This document shows, one piece after another, positions 50,784-59,922 of a stretch of DNA of 64,000 bases. The DNA is from an uncultured Phycisphaerales bacterium. Its GTDB lineage: Bacteria; Planctomycetota; Phycisphaerae; Tepidisphaerales; Tepidisphaeraceae. Each line of letters starts with the position of its first letter. The stretch's first letter is position 1. A program made the translations under genes and the position numbers. The notes under the pieces were generated by a model, which had not been told where the DNA came from, searched no databases, and worked only from the letters and a program-made list of their open reading frames with translations. The DNA lies in NCBI GenBank assembly GCA_963755915.1, contig CAVWLP010000003.1, positions 704,001 through 768,000 on the forward strand, given 5' to 3'.

Positions 50784-52290
50784 TTAGTTTCGCGGCGCCT
50801 GCGCCTGCTGGGCAGCGGCGGCTTTGGCGGCGAACAGCTTCTTTGCTTCGCCGACGAGGTAGAAGCTGCCGGTGATGCAGATGAGGTCTTCTTTCGTCAC
50901 GGCGCGGTTGGCGATGGCGAGGGCTTCTTCGAGATTTTCGGCGACCTGGGCCATTTTGCCGTAGAGTTCGACGTAGCGGGCGGCGAGTTCGTGGGGGTCG
51001 GCGGAGCGGACGTTGTCGATGCGGGTGAAGATGACTTTGTCGGCGCCGCTGGTGATGCGATCGAGCATTCCGGGGACGTCTTTGTCGCCGCAACATCCGA
51101 AGATGACGACCATGGAGTCGTAGGGGATGTGCTGGCCGATGGCTTTCATGGCGGCGTCGAGGCTGGCGGCGTTGTGGGCGCCGTCGACGATGACGCGCGG
51201 GGTCTGGGAGACCATTTCCATGCGGCCGGCAACGGAGACCTTGGAGAGGCCTTCCATGGCGCGGATGTCGTTGATGGCGACGCCGCGGGATTTAAGGCGG
51301 TCGATGACGGCCAGAGCCAGGCCGCAGTTGATCGCCTGGTGTTCGCCGATGAGGGGGACGGCCAGATGCTCAAACTTACTGTTGGGCGTCGTGAGGCAAA
51401 TACGGTTGTGCGGGCCGAGCATTCGGCTGGACTCGAAGCGGTAGCTGAATTCGATCGTCTGGCCGGTGATATCGAGCGGGGCGCCGACTTTTTCGGCGAC
51501 TTTTTTCAGCGCAGCCTCCGCCTGAGGATCCTGGACGACGCTGACGGCCGGGATGCCATGCTTGAAGATGCCGGCCTTTTCGGTGGCAATATGGCCGAGG
51601 GTGGGGCCGAGCTGGGCCATGTGGTCATGGCTGATGCTGGTGATGGCGGTGACTTCGGGCTTGATGACGTTGGTGCTGTCGAGGCGGCCACCGAGGCCGG
51701 TTTCGACGACGGCGATGTCGATCTTGTTGTCGGCAAAGTATTTGAAGGCCACTGCCGTGAGCACGTCGAAATAGGTCGGCGTCGGCTTAATGCGGTGGAC
51801 CATGGGCTCCATCAGGCGCACAAGGCGGGCGAAATTGGTCTGGGGGATCATCTCGCCGTTGATGACGATGCGCTCGCGAACGTCGACGAGATGAGGGCTG
51901 GTGTAGAGCCCGACCTTGTAGCCATTGGCCTGGAGCATGGCGGCGATCATCGCGCAAGTGCTGCCTTTGCCTTTGGTTCCGGCGACGTGGACAGAGCGGA
52001 ACTTTTCCTGAGGCGTCCCCAGCCTTTTGAGCAGGGTGCCGCATGCGCTCGAGGTTGAAATTTTCGGAGTTGTAGCGGACGATGCGAAGCCGCTCGAAAT
52101 CGGCCAAAGTGGAAAGAAAGCGGACGGCCTTGGCAAAACTGGGCCCGGATTTGTGCGCGGGCGGGTGAGGTCGGGCCTTCTTAAGGTCGACCATTACAGG
52201 CTTTCGGTGCTTAACCGGCGCGCGCCGGGAATGCACTGGGGACGCTTTGTGAGCGCTTGTGTGACGGCGGATTTTCTCTCGCACGGGCAT
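50784..52290 (-). CDS. folC: Folylpolyglutamate synthase/dihydrofolate synthase (frameshift near 52045)
   Basis: HVAGTKGKGST, YTSPHL...RERI, ETGLGGRLDSTNV, DGAHN, TGSFYLVG. Confidence 0.93.
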
Positions 52291-52489
52291 AAGAAACGAT
52301 TCTATCAATACGGTTGGGGCGTTTCAACTTTGAACCCAAGTTGATGCCAATTATTCAGTTACGGTTAATTATCCTATGTATATATAGGTATTTGAGTTAG
52401 GTCGGATTTAGCGTCAATTCGGAGGTTGGGGACAAACTGACGGCTACACAGGGAGGGGATTTGAGCGTATTGTAGGGGGCTCGAATTTT

Positions 52490-53941
52490 ATGGCTGAGGA
52501 TATGCAGACAATCGCGTTTGTGAGCCTTGGGTGTCCGAAAAACCTCGTGGACAGCGAGAGGATGCTCGGACTGTTGGCGCAGGATGGATTGACCGTGACT
52601 GGGGATGCCGGGGATGCGGATGCGATTGTCATCAATACCTGCGGGTTTCTGGAAGCTTCGAAGACGGAGTCGATGGGGGAAATTCATCGGGCGATCCGGC
52701 TGAAGGAAAACGGGAAATGCAAGCGGGTGGTGGTGGCGGGATGCCTGGTGCAGCGGCATAAGACGAAGCTGCTGGCGGAAGCGCCGGGGATTGATCGGCT
52801 TGTGGGGGTGTTTGATCGGGAGAATATCGTCGAAGCTGTTCGCGGGAACGGGGGTGGTGGGAAAGAGGGACATTTTCTGGGGAAGTATCACGACCTCTCG
52901 CGCCGGCTGGCGGATGAAGCGAAGCTGGATGCGAGTGTTAAGCAGACGAAGACGACGCGGCTGGCGGTGTTTGAGGATGATCGCGGCCGTCTGCGGCTGA
53001 CGCCGCGGCATTATGCGTTTTTGCGCCTGAGCGAGGGGTGTAACCAAGGGTGCGCGTTTTGCACGATTCCATCGATTCGAGGGCCGATGCGGTCTAAGCC
53101 GATCGATCATATTTTGGCCGAGGCGCGGGAGCTGGCAGCGGATGGGGCGGTGGAGCTGAATCTCATCGGGCAGGATACGACCAGCTATGGCACCGACATC
53201 GGCTATGAGCCGGGACTTGCGGGACTGCTCAAGCGGCTGGACCGGGAATTGAAAGATGTGCACTGGCTGCGGTTGATGTATGCGTATCCTTCGTGCTTTA
53301 CGGATGAAATGATCCGGGCGATTGGGGAGTGTGAGCGGGTGGTGAAATATATCGATATGCCGCTTCAGCATATCAATGATGAGATGCTCACGGTGATGAA
53401 GCGGCGGGTGACGCGCGGGCAGATTGAGACGCTGCTGGAGAAGCTGAGGAAATGGGTGCCGGGGATAACGATTCGGACGACGTTTATCGCGGGGTCGCCG
53501 GGGGAGACGGAAGCGCAGCATGGGGAATTGGTGAAATTCGTGAGGGAGTTTGGGTTCGACATGATGGGAGTGTTTCCGTATAGCGCTGAGCCGGGGACGC
53601 CGATGGGGCGGATGGAGGGGCAGATTCCGGAGGGTGTTAAGAAGGCGCGGGTGGAGGAATTGATGCTGGCGCAGCAGGAAGTGGCGTTTGCCAAGGCGCG
53701 GGGGAAGATCGGGCAGAAGGTGGAAGTTTTGATCGACAAGCCGGCGGGGAAGAAGGGGCGATGGGTGGCGCGGACGACGGGGCAGGCGCCGGAGATCGAT
53801 TCGGTGACGAATGTGCGCGGGAGAGAGCTTGGGGCGGAGCTGCATGCGGGGATGATGACTTCCGTAAAAGTGGTGGATTCGGATGGGTATGACCTGGTTG
53901 GGGAAGTGCCGCGGCCGAGAAGTTTGACGGTTGTGGGTTGA
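52490..53941 (+). CDS. rimO: Ribosomal protein S12 methylthiotransferase
   Basis: SLGCPKNLVDSE, NTCGF, EGCNQGCAFC (radical SAM), RLMYAYP, QAPEID (TRAM domain). Confidence 0.96.
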   Translation: MAEDMQTIAFVSLGCPKNLVDSERMLGLLAQDGLTVTGDAGDADAIVINTCGFLEASKTESMGEIHRAIRLKENGKCKRVVVAGCLVQRHKTKLLAEAPGIDRLVGVFDRENIVEAVRGNGGGGKEGHFLGKYHDLSRRLADEAKLDASVKQTKTTRLAVFEDDRGRLRLTPRHYAFLRLSEGCNQGCAFCTIPSIRGPMRSKPIDHILAEARELAADGAVELNLIGQDTTSYGTDIGYEPGLAGLLKRLDRELKDVHWLRLMYAYPSCFTDEMIRAIGECERVVKYIDMPLQHINDEMLTVMKRRVTRGQIETLLEKLRKWVPGITIRTTFIAGSPGETEAQHGELVKFVREFGFDMMGVFPYSAEPGTPMGRMEGQIPEGVKKARVEELMLAQQEVAFAKARGKIGQKVEVLIDKPAGKKGRWVARTTGQAPEIDSVTNVRGRELGAELHAGMMTSVKVVDSDGYDLVGEVPRPRSLTVVG

Positions 53942-53974
53942 ACGCATGGGTGTGGGGAGACGATAATTGGGGGT

Positions 53975-55198
53975 ATGTCGGCGAGCTATTATTCGCCTTA
54001 CGTGCAGAGGCCGGCAGTTTTGTCGGCCATCGGGGTTTTGAGCATCATCGTCGCATCCGTCTCGCTGCTGGTGGATTTTGGATCGCTTTCGTTTGCGAAT
54101 GTCGTTTCGCGGTTTGCGCGGGCGACGACGCCTGCGAGCACGGTTGCGCCTGCACCGGCTCCGGCGAAGCAGGCGGCGGCGGAATATGTTGCGGCGCAGG
54201 GGCTATCAAGCTCGCAGCGGGGGATCGTGATCGGGGCGCTTCAGGCGATGCATCCGATTTCCGATGCGCGGCAGAAGCAACTGGATGGATTGCTGGCGGA
54301 TGTGGGTCAGGAGGTGATCCAGATTTCGCCGGACAATCTGACGAGTGATCGGGTGACGGCGTATGTGACGGACGTCCGGCAGATGCCCAGCGGGTCGGGC
54401 GGGGAGCCGGACGATCTTTTTATCCTGGGGAGCGGGCGATTACAGATTTCGGATCAGAGCGCGATCTTTTTTCCGCAGGACAGCCCCTCGCCGATCCGAT
54501 CGGGCGGGGGGAGTTACACGGATTCATCCGGTCAGACACACCTCGCGAGCGAGCAGATCGCGGGGGTGATCGACCGGGTGCAGACAATGTGCAATCACGC
54601 GATGAACGATACGCAGCAGACAGCGCTGGCGACGGAACTGGCGGCGCCGGCACAGACGCTGATAACGCCGGGTAATTCTGTGGCCGTGGTCGCGGGGCAG
54701 GTGCAGAATGCACAGATGCTGCCGGACGGAACGCTGGCGGTGACGACGGTAAATGGGTCGATGAGCTTTGGGCCGTCGGGGCAGAGTTATCCGGGGATCG
54801 TGTCGGCAACGGTGGCGGCATCGCCGTGGGGAAAAGGGCCGGTGGTCGTCAAGGGCGATGCGAACCTGCTGGTGATCGACGGCCTGCTCAGTTTTGTTCT
54901 CGCGGGGTTTCTGCTGGCGAGCGGGATCGTGCTGATGCGCAATTCGCCGATGGCGCGGTGGATGCTGGTTGGATATGGAATCGCGAAGCTGCTGGGGACG
55001 GTGTTGTCGGTTTGTGCCGTGTATACGATCGGACAGGAACTGGGTGGCGGGGATTCGGATGCGCAATCCGTGGCGATGGCTTGGGCGATTATTCTGGGGG
55101 CGCCCGGGGCGGTCTGGGCGGTGGTGGTGCTGATCGTGATGAGCTTGAGATCGGCGCGGGAGTTTTTGAGTGTGCCGGCGGGGGCGGGGAGTTTTTGA
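53975..55198 (+). CDS. Hypothetical membrane protein with a large extracytoplasmic loop
   Basis: One N-terminal TM, about 240-aa soluble region, three C-terminal TM segments. Confidence 0.7.
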   Translation: MSASYYSPYVQRPAVLSAIGVLSIIVASVSLLVDFGSLSFANVVSRFARATTPASTVAPAPAPAKQAAAEYVAAQGLSSSQRGIVIGALQAMHPISDARQKQLDGLLADVGQEVIQISPDNLTSDRVTAYVTDVRQMPSGSGGEPDDLFILGSGRLQISDQSAIFFPQDSPSPIRSGGGSYTDSSGQTHLASEQIAGVIDRVQTMCNHAMNDTQQTALATELAAPAQTLITPGNSVAVVAGQVQNAQMLPDGTLAVTTVNGSMSFGPSGQSYPGIVSATVAASPWGKGPVVVKGDANLLVIDGLLSFVLAGFLLASGIVLMRNSPMARWMLVGYGIAKLLGTVLSVCAVYTIGQELGGGDSDAQSVAMAWAIILGAPGAVWAVVVLIVMSLRSAREFLSVPAGAGSF

Positions 55199-55519
55199 GC
55201 TGCTGGAAGAGGTAGAGGGTTGCAAACCCATATCTCAGAATATCTCACTTTATCTCACATTTGGAGACTGAATCGGGTCGGCGCGGTTTTTTTTGGCGCC
55301 CTTGGCGTCTTGAGCGAAGCGGGCGGTTAAGAGAATTGATCGGTCTCCGGCCTACCTTTCGCGGTGTACCGCCCGTCGCCGTCCGCGGCTCCGTTTTAAC
55401 CGCCAAGAAACTATGAAGCCGAGCCTTTCTCGGGACGTGAACGGGGTCAAAATGCCCCAAGTATGAACGAGCGTACCGCGTAGGTCGCTCAAACGTCTTT
55501 TTTGAGAAAGGACTCGGCA

Positions 55520-56563
55520 ATGCGAATTCTCGCTTTGGACCTGGGAAAGAACAAGAGCGTTTTTGTGGATTATGTCACCGGCGGTGGAGAAAGAACGTTC
55601 GGCAAGATCGGCACCAATGCCCACGAGGTGCAAAAACTACTCGAGCGGGTGCGTCCGGATCGACTGGTCATCGAGGCCGGTCCGGCGGCAGGATGGGTTT
55701 GTGATCTGGCGGAGCGGAACAATGTTCCCGTCCAGGTGGCCAATGGCAACGATGAACGCTGGCGCTGGAAGACGGTGAAGGAGAAGAGTGATCGTAAAGA
55801 CGCGCTGAAGATGGCGGCGATGTCGGAGATGGATTCGCTGCCGACGGTGCACGTGCCCAAGGCATCGGTTCGGCAGTGGCGTTCATTGATTGAATACAGA
55901 CACGGCCTGGTGGATCGCCGCACGGCGCTCAAGAACTCGATCCGATCAATCTACGAGCGGCAGGGTTTGTATTTGCCCTCGGCGACCAAGGCGTGGACGA
56001 AAGCGCGACTGGAGGAAATGAGGAAGGAAGCAGCGGCCGCATCGGCGGAAGATCTGTGGCTGTTTCAGATCGGTTGTGAGGTGGCGCAACTGGAGCACCT
56101 GGAGAAGCAGATCGAAACTGTCGAAAGCAAGCTTCAGGAGTTGGGCCAGGCCAACAAAGCGGTGAAACGATTGCAGGAGGTGCCCGGCGTTGGTCCGCGG
56201 CTGAGCGAGGCGGTGGCGGTGATCATTGATGATCCCAGGCGATTCAAGAATGCACGTCAGGTGGGATGTTACGTGGGTCTGACGCCGCGGCGCTGGCAGA
56301 GCGGCGACAGCGATCGCCAGGGGCGGATCAGCAAGGCAGGCAACGCGCTGCTGCGGGAGTTGCTGGTGGAGGTGGCGTGGCTGGGGGTTCATCGCAATAC
56401 GTGGATGAAGGACGTGTACGAGAGGGTTCTACGTGACAGCGAGAAGCGCAAGAAGATCGCGATTGTTGCGGTAGCCAGGAGATTACTGGTGAAGCTGTGG
56501 GCGATGCTGCGGGACGGAACCCGATGGAGAGAACCCCAGCGATCGCTGACGGCGGCCACTTGA
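55520..56563 (+). CDS. IS110-family DEDD recombinase/transposase (intact)
   Basis: ALDLG, VIEAG, KSDRKDA (DEDD); VPGVGP; GLTPRRWQSG...ISKAGNALLR; KIAIVAVARRL; GAAAGGA SD upstream. Confidence 0.95.
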   Translation: MRILALDLGKNKSVFVDYVTGGGERTFGKIGTNAHEVQKLLERVRPDRLVIEAGPAAGWVCDLAERNNVPVQVANGNDERWRWKTVKEKSDRKDALKMAAMSEMDSLPTVHVPKASVRQWRSLIEYRHGLVDRRTALKNSIRSIYERQGLYLPSATKAWTKARLEEMRKEAAAASAEDLWLFQIGCEVAQLEHLEKQIETVESKLQELGQANKAVKRLQEVPGVGPRLSEAVAVIIDDPRRFKNARQVGCYVGLTPRRWQSGDSDRQGRISKAGNALLRELLVEVAWLGVHRNTWMKDVYERVLRDSEKRKKIAIVAVARRLLVKLWAMLRDGTRWREPQRSLTAAT

Positions 56564-56873
56564 AAATCGAAAAGGCGATGACTGTCCCGACAAGTCGGTA
56601 CAGGCGATGGAGTATCTCCCCTCCGGAAGACACCGTGTCAGAAAGCCGTTGTCTTCTGTGCAGGGGATTGAGTAGAGTTGAAGTGAAGTGGAATTGACGC
56701 GTTCGTGCAGGTTGAATGAGCAAGGCCAGACCCCGGTTGGCGTCTTAAGCTTCAAAGCTTGCCGCTAAGAATAGGGCTGGCCATTTGTACAGTTGAATAG
56801 GCCCGCCGCCAGGCGAGAGCACTGAATAGAAGGCTCACCCAATCGACCGCATGAGCGATCAACGCCCCTTGAC
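56564..56873 (+). ncRNA. Putative bridge/seek guide RNA region
   Basis: Stem GGCCAG/CTGGCC enclosing TTGGCGTCTT and CCGCTAAGA, matching both sides of the insertion site; ATAGAAG matches the predicted circle junction. Confidence 0.75.
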
Positions 56874-56948
56874 AAGGCTCGGCTCATAGAAGACGCCAAG
56901 AGCGCCAAGAAAATACAGGCCGGTTCGCGAAGTGCTATAGTCTCGGTG

Positions 56949-58307
56949 ATGGGCGAAAACTTTTTCGATTTCCAGCAGCGGCTTGCCGAGAAGAAATCAT
57001 CGCCAGCGCCGGATGCGGCGGCGGCGCTGACGGTTACGGAGCTTACCTTCGCCATCGAAAAGGCGATCAAGACCGGGGTTCCATCGCTTGTGACCGTGCG
57101 CGGAGAAGTCAGCAACGCCAGCAAGCATCATGCATCGGGGCACCTTTACTTCACGATGAAGGACACGGACGCGTGCATCAACTGCGTGATGTGGCGCGAC
57201 AACGCAGCGCGGCTCCAGTTCAAGGTTGAAGACGGGCTGGAGATTATCGCGACGGGCCGAGTTTCGGTTTACGCGCCGCAGGGAAGATATCAGCTCCAGG
57301 TGCAGCGGCTTCAGCCGGCGGGGAAGGGGGCGCTGGAGCTGGCCTTTCGGCAGCTTCAGGCGAAACTTGCGGCGGAGGGGCTCTTTGAGGCGGAGCGGAA
57401 AAAGCCGATTCCGCAATATCCGCGGCGGATTCTTTTGGTCACCAGTCGGGCCACCGCGGCGCTTCAGGACATGCTCAAGGTGCTGCGGCGATATCCGTTT
57501 TTGAAGCTGATGCTCTATCACGTGCCGGTGCAGGGCGAAGGGAGTGGTGTGAAAATCGCGGAGGCGATCCAGCATGTTTCGCGGCGATCGAGTGATATCG
57601 GTGGCGTCGACGTGATCCTTCTGGGTCGCGGCGGGGGGTCGCTGGAAGATCTGTGGTCGTTCAACGAGGAAGTCGTCGCCCGGGCGATCGCGGCATCGCG
57701 GATTCCGATCATCACGGGAATCGGGCATGAGGTGGATTGCTCGATTGCCGATCTCGTGGCGGATTATCACGCCCATACGCCTACGGAAGCGGCGCAGGTG
57801 GCGACGCACCAGTGGAAGGCCGCCGGCGATACGCTGCGGCAATCGCGGCTGCGGCTGTTTCAGTTCATCCGGCAAACGGCGCAGGATTGCCGGCATCGGC
57901 TGGCTTCCATCCAGCGACATGAATTTTTCCGTCGGCCGACAGACTGGATTCAGATGCTTCGGCAGCGATTGGACGATCGGCAGAAATCGCTGGGGCTGGC
58001 GCTGACGGGGCGGTTATCGAAGGCGGGGCATCGGTTGCAGATGCTAGAGCCGCGTTTGCCGTTGGGGATCAAGCTTTCGGTTCAGAACCGCAGCAGCCGG
58101 CTCGATGCGATGGGGAAGCAGCTTCAGGCGCTGTCGCCGCAGGCAGTGCTGACGCGGGGATATACGATTACCACGCTGAAAAAAGGCGGGGAAATCTTGC
58201 GCAGCTCGGCTGCGCTGAAGCCGGGGGACCGGCTTCTGACGCGATTCTCTGACGGGCAGACTGAATCGACGGTGCATGATTCGCGGCAGATGTCGCTGTT
58301 TGAGTAG
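56949..58307 (+). CDS. xseA: Exodeoxyribonuclease VII large subunit
   Basis: GEVSN...SGHLYFTMKD, RGGGSLEDLWSFNEE, GIGHEVD, TPTEAA, LSPQAVLTRGY. Confidence 0.96.
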   Translation: MGENFFDFQQRLAEKKSSPAPDAAAALTVTELTFAIEKAIKTGVPSLVTVRGEVSNASKHHASGHLYFTMKDTDACINCVMWRDNAARLQFKVEDGLEIIATGRVSVYAPQGRYQLQVQRLQPAGKGALELAFRQLQAKLAAEGLFEAERKKPIPQYPRRILLVTSRATAALQDMLKVLRRYPFLKLMLYHVPVQGEGSGVKIAEAIQHVSRRSSDIGGVDVILLGRGGGSLEDLWSFNEEVVARAIAASRIPIITGIGHEVDCSIADLVADYHAHTPTEAAQVATHQWKAAGDTLRQSRLRLFQFIRQTAQDCRHRLASIQRHEFFRRPTDWIQMLRQRLDDRQKSLGLALTGRLSKAGHRLQMLEPRLPLGIKLSVQNRSSRLDAMGKQLQALSPQAVLTRGYTITTLKKGGEILRSSAALKPGDRLLTRFSDGQTESTVHDSRQMSLFE

Positions 58308-58385
58308 ACGGATTTAGGAAGCATTACTGGGGCATTCGACGGCCGATTGGCGGCAATTTGACTAAATATCTGAGATTCCGGAATC

Positions 58386-58414
58386 TTGACACAACCCTGA
58401 TATGCAAATACGCT
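58386..58414 (+). promoter_or_regulatory. Sigma70 promoter for the rpmF-plsX-fab operon
   Basis: TTGACA-17 nt-TACGCT, about 85 nt upstream of rpmF. Confidence 0.65.
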
Positions 58415-58497
58415 CGTTAGTGCATTGTGCGGCGGGTACCATCCCGCCGTGTTTTTTATCAGGATGCCAGTAGTTTATTTGTAGAAGAGGTCAGCGC

Positions 58498-58683
58498 ATG
58501 CAACCGGTGATGAAAATCAGCAAGTCTCGTAAGCGCAAACGCCGTTCCCATCACGCGTTGCGGCCGATTCATTATGTGCGTTGTCCGCAGTGCTCCAACG
58601 CCAAGCTGCCGCATTGCGCCTGTGATAATTGCGGCTATGTGAACCCGAAATTGGCTCTTCAGATGGAGACGGAGCAGGCCTGA
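58498..58683 (+). CDS. rpmF: 50S ribosomal protein L32
   Basis: SKSRKRKRRSH, CPQC...PHCACDNCGY; precedes plsX. Confidence 0.93.
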   Translation: MQPVMKISKSRKRKRRSHHALRPIHYVRCPQCSNAKLPHCACDNCGYVNPKLALQMETEQA

Positions 58684-58729
58684 TTACGGATGATCGGGCC
58701 GGAACTTAGCCGATCGAAGGAGAAGGCCG

Positions 58730-59749
58730 GTGCGAGTTGCGGTGGATGTGATGGGCGGGGACCATGCTCCCGCCGAAATCCTGCTGGGATGTTGGCATGC
58801 GGCGCCGCTTCTCGGTGAAGGGGACATGGTTCTGCTCGTGGGGGACGATAGCGCCATCCGGGCCGGGATGGAATCTTCGACGCTGACCGGGGAGCAGCGC
58901 AAACGATACAAAATTATTCCTACAACGCAGATCGTTGCGATGGATGAGTCGCCCGTCGAGGCGATTCGCGGCAAGCCCGACAGCAGCATCGCGGTCATGT
59001 GCAAGCTGGCGGCGAAGGGGGAGGCGGAAGCGGTTATCTCTGCCGGCAACACCGGCGCTTGCGTCGCGGCTGCACAGTTGCGAATGCGATTGCTCAAGGG
59101 CGTCAGCAGGCCGGGGATTGCTGTTATCCTGCCGACTTTTCATGGGCCGGTGGTGATCTGCGATGTCGGGGCCAATCCCGAGCCCAAGCCAAAGCATCTG
59201 GAACAATACGCCATCATGGCGGGGGCTTATGCGAGCGCGGTCTGCGGCCGTGCGGAGCCGCGGGTTGGTCTGCTCAGCATTGGGGAGGAAGACGCCAAGG
59301 GGAACACGCTCACGAAGGAAGCCCGCAAGCTGATGCGGGATGAGCCGCTGGTGAATTTCATCGGCAACGTGGAGGGACGAGATCTCTTCAAGGGCGTGGT
59401 CGATGTCGTGGTCTGCGACGGATTCGTCGGCAATATCGTCCTGAAGTTCACCGAGGGGATGGCGGATGGACTTTTCCGCACGATTGCCTCGGAAATCCAG
59501 CATGCCGCCCCTGAGCTGGTGAAGCAGTTTGACCCCATCCTCCGTAAAATCTATGCGAATCACGACTGGCAGGAATATGGCGGGGCGCCGCTGCTGGGCG
59601 TGGATGGCTATTGCCTCATCTGCCACGGACGGTCGGAGGCACGGGCAATCAAAAATGCAATCCGCGTGGCGAAGCAGCTTACCTGCAGTAAAATCAACGA
59701 GAAGATCGTGGAGACGATCGAAAGCTCGATACCGGTTGCGGAGGAATAG
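58730..59749 (+). CDS. plsX: Phosphate acyltransferase
   Basis: AVDVMGGDHAP, SAGNTGA, DVGAN, VCDGFVGN, HGRS. Confidence 0.96.
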   Translation: MRVAVDVMGGDHAPAEILLGCWHAAPLLGEGDMVLLVGDDSAIRAGMESSTLTGEQRKRYKIIPTTQIVAMDESPVEAIRGKPDSSIAVMCKLAAKGEAEAVISAGNTGACVAAAQLRMRLLKGVSRPGIAVILPTFHGPVVICDVGANPEPKPKHLEQYAIMAGAYASAVCGRAEPRVGLLSIGEEDAKGNTLTKEARKLMRDEPLVNFIGNVEGRDLFKGVVDVVVCDGFVGNIVLKFTEGMADGLFRTIASEIQHAAPELVKQFDPILRKIYANHDWQEYGGAPLLGVDGYCLICHGRSEARAIKNAIRVAKQLTCSKINEKIVETIESSIPVAEE

Positions 59750-59752
59750 CGG

Positions 59753-59898
59753 GGAAGCCCGAAACCAGAAACCAGAATGACGAATCAATTCCGAATGACG
59801 AAATCCGAAACATATTCGCGAACGAGAAAAGTGAACGCCATTCGTCATTCGGGTTTCGGATTTGATTCGGAATTCTGGTTTCGGATTTCGGGTTTTGT
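59753..59898. repeat. Inverted array of degenerate heptamers between plsX and fabH
   Basis: GAAACCA GAAACCA GAATGAC GAATC...GAATGAC GAAATCC GAAA ... ATTCGTC ATTCGGG TTTCGGA TTTG...TTTCGGA TTTCGGG. Confidence 0.75.
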
Positions 59899-59922
59899 TC
59901 AATTGTCCGCGAATTTCTGACC

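Larger units (their letters stand above)
55406..56890 (+). mobile_element. IS110-family element, IS1111 type
   Basis: Sub-terminal IRs ATGAAGCCGAGCCTT (55413-55427) / AAGGCTCGGCTCAT (56874-56887), 7 and 3 nt from the inferred ends; removal restores TTAACCGCCA|AGACGCCAAGAGCGCCAAG; long 3' non-coding region. Confidence 0.88.

Noticed and set aside
14798-52364. Spaced motif YAAS-N18-TTR in AT-richer intergenic regions (near 14798, 18926, 52338)
   Set aside because: Too little information content; similar numbers are expected by chance.
32810-59898. Repeat arrays as CRISPR
   Set aside because: Units are 7-9 nt, degenerate and lack unique spacers; no cas genes.
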